Source: a virus. Taken from it: 64,000 nt of DNA. Where the stretch lies: IMG/VR virus record IMGVR_UViG_3300044695_007092, positions 1-64,000 of that record; one strand, given 5' to 3'. The notes beneath the pieces were generated by a model, which was not told the DNA's origin, searched no databases, and saw nothing but the letters and a program-made list of their open reading frames with translations. Below are positions 58,271-64,000 of this stretch, piece by piece. A program made the position numbers and the translations under genes. Each line of letters begins with the position of its first letter. Within the stretch, counting starts at the first letter, position 1.

Positions 58271-58932
58271 AAAACCAAAGATTATCTCAAGAGATAGTAG
58301 AGAGCTACTTAGAATCTATACCAGATGTAGAGCTCACAGGCAAAGTACCAGTCGAAGAAGGTATAAAAGACGTGGGGCTTGACTCTCCTTCCATGGAAGA
58401 GCTCAAGAAGATGCCCGCCCTTAAAAGGGTAGACCTTTCTGATTCTCTGTCTAGCCTGTCTAACGACTTTGTATTTTTTAACCATACTATGCTCTTTTCG
58501 AAAGGTGGGTTAGACTTCGATCCGCTTACTGAATATCAGGGCTGGTGCGGAAAGGACAGTGTCGTAAATTACATGGTGTTCAATAGGCAGATATTTGATA
58601 ATTTTGACTTTCCAGATAGAAGCGGAGGTCATGATAAACTGTTAGCTTTCACCTCCATTGAGCACTGGCCTGTAATAGAAAGGGCCATTGGTCATTTAAC
58701 TATTCTTAACCGAAGTAAGGATTACATGTTTCTTTGTGAGGCGGTTAAGGTTAAGATACCTGACCCTAAGAAGCCTACTATGTTCATAGAGCCTTATGTA
58801 TGGAATCTAAAAGGATCGGTATGCAGTTGGACGTGTTCTGGATATCCAGTACCTCGGCTGGTTAAAAAACCAGCTGATTATGAAGCAAAAAGATTAATGA
58901 GAGCTATAAATAATGAACCACTTGACCCCTGA
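58267..58932 (+). CDS. Hypothetical protein
   Basis: 221 aa, ATGA overlap. Confidence 0.65.
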   Translation: MKNQRLSQEIVESYLESIPDVELTGKVPVEEGIKDVGLDSPSMEELKKMPALKRVDLSDSLSSLSNDFVFFNHTMLFSKGGLDFDPLTEYQGWCGKDSVVNYMVFNRQIFDNFDFPDRSGGHDKLLAFTSIEHWPVIERAIGHLTILNRSKDYMFLCEAVKVKIPDPKKPTMFIEPYVWNLKGSVCSWTCSGYPVPRLVKKPADYEAKRLMRAINNEPLDP

Positions 58933-59212
58933 AAGAAGACTGTTAAAGACGAAGACCTTCGTAGAGGAGCGTATCTACGAAAGGCCAGCTGGAGCGGCGC
59001 CAGACGATTGGCGTCTTGTAAAAGTCACTGATCCTATAGATGACACTATAAACGAATGGGTAGCAAATAATAGAGTTACCATCGTTAGCACCTCTCCACC
59101 GGGTATTAATAGCAGGTGGCTGGACAAGGACATGACTAGCAGGGCAGTTTTGATAGCCCTGACAATCATCTATGAAGGCGACAACAATGCACAATGGCCA
59201 GAACGAGTCTGA
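58913..59212 (+). CDS. Hypothetical protein
   Basis: 99 aa, overlapping operon structure. Confidence 0.55.
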   Translation: MNHLTPERRLLKTKTFVEERIYERPAGAAPDDWRLVKVTDPIDDTINEWVANNRVTIVSTSPPGINSRWLDKDMTSRAVLIALTIIYEGDNNAQWPERV

Positions 59213-59531
59213 GCCCAGTCAGGAAGATATTACTGATAAAAAGTTTTATCTTATGATTGTGCCTGCGCACGGAAAGCCGGAATGCAAGGAGTTTACTTTA
59301 AAGGACGACCTTGTTTCCGAGCTTAGGGCCCTATCTAAGAAGAGGGTGTCCTGTCACGTATTTGAAGGTCAAAGGTGGCACATATCTTTGCCTCCAAGAA
59401 AACTCATTTCTCCAGACGGTACGGTAGATGCGGACCTGTCGCACAACCCAGAGACGGTATCAATCGATATTGAAGGGTACCTTTTTGACGACCCAGAAGT
59501 AATCGATGACGACGAAGACTTTGATATTTAG
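59187..59531 (+). CDS. Hypothetical protein with acidic C-terminus
   Basis: ORF 59172..59531. Confidence 0.6.
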   Translation: MHNGQNESEPSQEDITDKKFYLMIVPAHGKPECKEFTLKDDLVSELRALSKKRVSCHVFEGQRWHISLPPRKLISPDGTVDADLSHNPETVSIDIEGYLFDDPEVIDDDEDFDI

Positions 59532-59549
59532 AGACAATTCTTAGCCCTA

Positions 59550-59575
59550 AATTCGGGCCAAAAACGCGTCATAAT
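59550..59575 (+). promoter_or_regulatory. Putative phage promoter or cassette-start motif AATTCG-N10-GCGTCATAAT (copy 2)
   Basis: aattcg-ggccaaaaac-gcgtcataat, versus aattcg-acccattttt-gcgtcataat at 6609. Confidence 0.6.
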
Positions 59576-59618
59576 TATATGTTGTCTTATATATGACAAC
59601 AAGAAAGGAAAGGGTGCC

Positions 59619-59864
59619 ATGGAGATACTAGGTCTCGCCCTGTTGTTAACCATAGCTTGGGCTGCTTATAGCATCCTCAAGCGGGGTAGAGGTCCAATGC
59701 GGCCTTACCTCAAGATAGACGGACGACTTAGAGAAGTCGTCCACAGAAAGCGGATAGGCTCTTCGGTCGTGTGTACCGTAAAGCCTTTAGAGAAGGGGTC
59801 AAGTAGGCCCCGAGTAATCGTCCCTGCTGAAGGGGGCGATATTGTCTGGTTACCTAAAAGGTAA
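59619..59864 (+). CDS. Small membrane-anchored basic protein
   Basis: N-terminal TM helix followed by an Arg/Lys-rich beta domain. Confidence 0.6.
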   Translation: MEILGLALLLTIAWAAYSILKRGRGPMRPYLKIDGRLREVVHRKRIGSSVVCTVKPLEKGSSRPRVIVPAEGGDIVWLPKR

Positions 59865-59885
59865 CCCATAAGGAGGAGTGGCACG

Positions 59886-60611
59886 ATGCTGCAGATAGAA
59901 GGAATTATCGAAAAGGGCGCTCTCGTTGAAGGCGCCGCTAAGACCCTATTTGGGGGTAAGTTTGACAATAACAGTTGGATGATGTGGTTACCCGACGACG
60001 GTCGGGAATTAACATTTAAAAGCGGAGATATATACTACGAAGAAGGGCTGCTAGCCCTAATAAGATATGGTAATAAAACCATATCGGTTTGGAAGGTAAT
60101 AGATGGGGTCTTAGAGCCCCAGGTGGTGTTCATTCCAGCCAAGTTCGGGTTTGGAAAAAACAGAATAATTCCCACTGCCTCGGCGTACGCCGAAGTAGTG
60201 ATGCAAAACGCAGAAGCTTCTGACATCTTGGATTTCCTTCCCCTTCCTAGAAGGGTGCTAGGCTTCCGAGAGGCAGATCTGCCAGACGTGGCGGATTTAG
60301 ATCAAAAGGCCTTGGCCGGCATGGCTAGATCTAGCGACCCCTCCAAAATGGAGGCGGCGTACAAAAAGTTCAAGAGGTCTGGGGACCTGGTATTCGTACC
60401 AGAAAGTCTGCTACCAGCGGACTTTGTGGCTGATTACAATCAGCCATGGTGCCTCGACTTAGAGGGTTTTATAGACAGCGAGCGGTACCCAGTACCGCAG
60501 CTTGTATACCAAACCTCCCTGACGAAACACGGCCTCCATTACAGCGCCGCCACAAATGGCGCCCGTAAGGTAGGAGGAGGCCCAAAAACAAGGAAGAACG
60601 GACGCCCTTGA
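59886..60611 (+). CDS. Hypothetical protein immediately upstream of the structured RNA
   Basis: 241 aa, AGGAGGAG RBS, basic C-terminal tail. Confidence 0.7.
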   Translation: MLQIEGIIEKGALVEGAAKTLFGGKFDNNSWMMWLPDDGRELTFKSGDIYYEEGLLALIRYGNKTISVWKVIDGVLEPQVVFIPAKFGFGKNRIIPTASAYAEVVMQNAEASDILDFLPLPRRVLGFREADLPDVADLDQKALAGMARSSDPSKMEAAYKKFKRSGDLVFVPESLLPADFVADYNQPWCLDLEGFIDSERYPVPQLVYQTSLTKHGLHYSAATNGARKVGGGPKTRKNGRP

Positions 60612-61099
60612 TCAAGGCGGCTCGTTCTTTCAAGTTGGTGGTAGAGCGCACTCAACTCTACCGCGACGTCTAGGCCCGTTAAGACTATGTAATTCCTACT
60701 GCTAGCAAAAACGTATTAATACCTGCACTTGTAATAGGCGCCGTCTAGGTAGCCTATTAATTGCACGCGTATTTCATGGGATTATGCGACGCAAGGGTGT
60801 TAGATTCAGACGGGTCGAAACAAAAGCTTGCCCTCACAAGCAAGTGCGTCAGAGTGGCCTAAACGGTACCCCACTCTTGTATATACCGGGTAACTGTTCG
60901 GTCTCAGGACCATGCACTCCCAGGAGTAGCGGGTTGTCTGGGCGGGTTACTGCCCCAAGAATATTGGGGAAAAAGAAGAGCGTTGTGCGGCTACAGCCGT
61001 GTTGCCATTAAATCCCCAGGGAGAGAATGGGATGACGGGTCTGTGCGGGCGTTCTTCTCCAACCAGGGCCGGGCCTAGCAATAGGCCTGGCTTTCTTTT
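60612..61099 (+). ncRNA. Putative large (~480-nt) structured non-coding RNA
   Basis: Nearly continuous hairpins with many G-U pairs, long-range 5'/3' complementarity, and an intrinsic terminator at 61068-61099. Confidence 0.55.
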
Positions 61100-61112
61100 A
61101 GGAGGAAGCTTT

Positions 61113-61298
61113 ATGCAAGGGATTCTGCAAGCAGAAGTTATCAGCGAGTGGCTTATCGACAAAGCTGTCGAAAGACAGTGTGTGTTGATGGCCCTTAAAG
61201 AGGCAGATAAAAAGGGCTGTGGAGACTTCAGAGTCTTCACGGCAACTGGAAATAATAATAATATAGAAGTGGTATACGTAAAAGTTTACCACGCATAA
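61113..61298 (+). CDS. Small hypothetical protein (61 aa)
   Basis: ATG 61113 after AGGAGG, just past the terminator. Confidence 0.55.
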   Translation: MQGILQAEVISEWLIDKAVERQCVLMALKEADKKGCGDFRVFTATGNNNNIEVVYVKVYHA

Positions 61299-61303
61299 TA
61301 CAT

Positions 61304-61353
61304 AAATCACAGTTAGCCTAGTTATGGCTATCTGTGATTTTTTTTTAGCTATT
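61304..61353 (+). terminator. Hairpin followed by TTTTTTTTTAGCTATT (end of cassette 2)
   Basis: aaatcacag.tagcc-tagttat-ggcta.ctgtgattt-ttttttagctatt. Confidence 0.65.
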
Positions 61354-61584
61354 AGATATCTTTCTTTAATATTTCGTCTATTAAAAGTGGTATGCCGTAG
61401 CCCATCATATATACTGAGCATACAATTAAAAACATATGATAGTAGATGTTTGTAAACAAGAAGTACCCTATGTGATCTAGGATACACAACATATCTTCTT
61501 CTAATCTCATGTTGCTTATTGCTCCAATAAACAGTAGAAAGTTACATTATAAGATATTGTCTCCATGTAAGCGAAAGGATAATC

Positions 61585-62343
61585 ATGAGCGGATACAGCG
61601 GATTGCAGTCAGTCACAAGCGGTTCAAACATAGACCCAAACAGAAAGACCACTAAAATAGTAGTAGACCCACACGAGCTGGACTCGTTTACTATAGATCT
61701 GAACGCTATGAAAGCTTCTGCTAACAAGTACTCTTTAAAGAATGATACCAGTGCCGAGCTAAGGTCTTTAAATGAGACTGATAGATCAAAAGTAATATCT
61801 AATAACCTAAGAAAGCTATCAAGTGATAAAGCAAATGAGGCTCCACCTAATCTAGGTACTGTTGCTGCTACCCTAGACGGAGCTAACCACGTACATCCTG
61901 CCGCCGCCTTACCTGAATCAGCTGTAACTCCTCCATCTGTAAGGGTTTACTTTGATATGCCAGGACTGGCCACACTGAATTCAAAATACCACGGTGTAAC
62001 TGTTGTGCCAGGGTACTTAGTACTTACAACAGACCTAAGATACGCCGGATCAGGCGAGTTCTACCCTTTTACAAGTAAGCTTGCTAATGAGTCATCAGCC
62101 TATATTGGCGTGATGGTAGAAGGCATAGATAGCCTATTTCTAATCAGGCCGCCAGCTATTACTCACAAGTTTGGGCCCTATGAACACTGCCTAGTTCCAA
62201 TAAGCCAAGAAAAAGATCTACCAGAAGAGATTAAGAAGAACGTAGACGAGGTAGATAAAGAAGTGGAGACGTCTCCACAAACAGGTTATGATAATTATGA
62301 AGAATACACCAGCCCGCCTAGTGCCGATAGCGGTGTACTTTAA
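61585..62343 (+). CDS. Hypothetical protein upstream of the portal
   Basis: 252 aa, AAGGA RBS. Confidence 0.65.
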   Translation: MSGYSGLQSVTSGSNIDPNRKTTKIVVDPHELDSFTIDLNAMKASANKYSLKNDTSAELRSLNETDRSKVISNNLRKLSSDKANEAPPNLGTVAATLDGANHVHPAAALPESAVTPPSVRVYFDMPGLATLNSKYHGVTVVPGYLVLTTDLRYAGSGEFYPFTSKLANESSAYIGVMVEGIDSLFLIRPPAITHKFGPYEHCLVPISQEKDLPEEIKKNVDEVDKEVETSPQTGYDNYEEYTSPPSADSGVL

Positions 62344-62387
62344 TATATATAAGTATAGTACTATTTAAGCCTTAGGAGGCATATTGC

Positions 62388-64000
62388 ATGTCAGATTATT
62401 CAGAAGGAGCCCTAGGGCGCGGATGGGCCTTGAACAGCAGGGGTGACGAGCCTTTTCCAGATCCTTTCATGGACTATGCCTCTACGGTTATGCCTGAGAA
62501 CATCAGGGACGCCTTGCGGTATTGCGAATTTATTTTTCACTCAAACTCTATGATCAGAGAAGCAGCTAGAAGAGTTCTTAGTTACTTCATAACAGAAATT
62601 GAGATCAGAGCCGTCAACGGCAAGAATATGGGCGATGACGAAAAGCAAAAGTATTTGTCATTCCTCAACGACACTTTAGACATAAAAACCGTACTACATT
62701 CGGTCGGTCTGGATTTTCTATGCTATGGTAATAGCTTCACAACTCTTATTATTCCTTTTAGACGTTATCTTTATTGCCCTAAGTGCTCTCTTGATGTGCC
62801 ACTGAAGCAAGTAATCAATAATCCTGCTTTTGGATTTAAATGGAAGATGCCTGATTTCCAGGCTAATTGCCCTAGATGTAAATACACAGGTACGTGGAAA
62901 AGAGTAGATAGACGTACTAATGAACCAGAAGAGGTTAGAGTTCGTAGATGGCCTGCAGTCGAGATGGAAGTAAGATACGATCCTGTTAGGGATAACCGTG
63001 ACTATCTATGGCGTATACCTGAAGACTACAGGATGCAAGTGCGTAGAGGAGACCCCCAAGTTTTAGAAACTGTTCCCTGGGAAATAATAGAAGCTATATC
63101 ATCCAATGGCTTTTTATTATTCGATAAGAAGGCGGTTCATCATATGTATGAGCCGACTCTGTCAGGGGTAAGATCTAGAGGTTGGGGTATCTCACGTACT
63201 TTAATTAACTTTCGTCATGCATGGTATGTGCAGGTTCTTCACAGGTATAACGAGGCTATTGCCTTGGACTATGTGATACCATTTAGGGTTTTGACACCTG
63301 CTCCGCAGTCTAGCTCAATGCCAGAAGCAGGCGATCCTTTAATGAATATGGATCTAGGCGGGTTACGTGGTCAGGTGCAGGCTATGCTTAGAAAGAGACG
63401 AAGAGATCCTGCTGCTTGGCACTTCTTAAGCACACCTATTCAATATAATATGATGGGCGGAGAAGCTAGAAACCTAGCCCCTACTGACTTACTTGAATCA
63501 GGCGTCAACATGCTCTTAAACGGCTTTGGTATGCCAGCTGAATTATACAAAGGCACCCTAAGCCTTCAGGCAGCATTACCTGCTATTAGGTTATTTGAAT
63601 CGAGCTGGCAGTATTTGATACATTGCTTGAATAACTTTCTTACCGAAACAACTAAAGCAGTAGGTGACGCATTTGGCTGGGAGCCTGCCACTTGCCGTCT
63701 TATCAAACCTTCAATGCTCGACGATGTTCAACTTATCATGTCCAAGATGCAGCTTATGCAGGCTCAGCAGGTCAGCCAGACCGGAGTTCTCAGAAGCATG
63801 GGTATGGACTTCAAAGAAGAACAAAGGCAAATCCTCGACGAGCAAAGGTTTATGCAGGAAGAGCAGGCCAAGATGCAGAAGAGTATGGAAGACTCTTCTC
63901 TCATGGAACAGATGGCTCCTTCTGTCACCGGCCAGTTCATGCAGAATATGCAAGCGCAGGCTCAAGGCGGGCAGCCCGCGCCCCAGGGAGCTCAGCCTCC
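62388..64000 (+). CDS. Probable portal protein, 3'-truncated by window edge (absent from ORF track)
   Basis: Open frame from ATG 62388 (AGGAGG RBS): MSDYSEG..PFPDPFMDYAS..DFLCYGNSF..RGWGIS..GFGMPAELYKG..Q/M-rich tail. The YGN.F, .G.S and G.P..L motifs occur in portal order. Confidence 0.7.
   Translation, partial: MSDYSEGALGRGWALNSRGDEPFPDPFMDYASTVMPENIRDALRYCEFIFHSNSMIREAARRVLSYFITEIEIRAVNGKNMGDDEKQKYLSFLNDTLDIKTVLHSVGLDFLCYGNSFTTLIIPFRRYLYCPKCSLDVPLKQVINNPAFGFKWKMPDFQANCPRCKYTGTWKRVDRRTNEPEEVRVRRWPAVEMEVRYDPVRDNRDYLWRIPEDYRMQVRRGDPQVLETVPWEIIEAISSNGFLLFDKKAVHHMYEPTLSGVRSRGWGISRTLINFRHAWYVQVLHRYNEAIALDYVIPFRVLTPAPQSSSMPEAGDPLMNMDLGGLRGQVQAMLRKRRRDPAAWHFLSTPIQYNMMGGEARNLAPTDLLESGVNMLLNGFGMPAELYKGTLSLQAALPAIRLFESSWQYLIHCLNNFLTETTKAVGDAFGWEPATCRLIKPSMLDDVQLIMSKMQLMQAQQVSQTGVLRSMGMDFKEEQRQILDEQRFMQEEQAKMQKSMEDSSLMEQMAPSVTGQFMQNMQAQAQGGQPAPQGAQP

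Noticed and set aside
861-59194. Numerous short antisense or nested ORFs overlapping long genes
   Set aside because: They are shadow frames with no RBS or motifs, fully contained in better-supported genes.
60784-61240. ORFs 60784..61011 (+), 60947..61240 (-) and the 5' extension of 60999..61298
   Set aside because: They have no convincing RBS and low-information sequences, and are probably by-products of a GC-rich structured RNA.
63711-63965. 84-aa His/Leu-rich minus-strand ORF
   Set aside because: It is the antisense shadow of the Met/Gln-rich portal C-terminal region.
1-64000. CRISPR array, cas genes, reverse transcriptase/retron/DGR
   Set aside because: No repeat-spacer array, Cas motifs or YxDD reverse-transcriptase context were seen.

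Overview
A 64-kb segment of a large dsDNA tailed phage (Caudoviricetes-like) using the standard genetic code, with dense and mostly + strand coding. From left to right it contains: the end of a tail-fibre module (collagen-like fibre, collar protein, chaperone, Cys-rich protein); a GT9/GT-A glycosyltransferase flanked by twin CxxC paralogues; a small cassette with a hairpin array and a CAU tRNA; a MoxR-type AAA+/vWA pair; a primase-like Zn-finger protein; a GpA-like terminase (- strand); many small hypothetical genes; a palindrome-rich region with a 54-bp inverted repeat; a sulfotransferase / glycosyltransferase / RGP-mutase cluster; CsrA; a sigma factor; a full replication and recombination module (SbcD, SbcC, SF2 helicase, DnaB-like helicase, primase, UDG-fused PolA, dNMP kinase, putative SSB, RecA, DnaQ-like exonuclease, RuvC); a second cassette carrying a ~480-nt highly structured non-coding region; and the start of a probable portal gene that the ORF track missed. 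The best candidates for new biology are (i) an apparently catalytically dead IS110/Nop-like protein inside the recombination operon, facing a promoter- and terminator-bounded small RNA; (ii) two RNA-rich cassettes that share the start motif AATTCG-N10-GCGTCATAAT and the end motif hairpin+TTTTTAGCT; and (iii) a dispersed glycosylation and sulfation toolkit. All family calls come from motif recognition by eye; no database searches were run.
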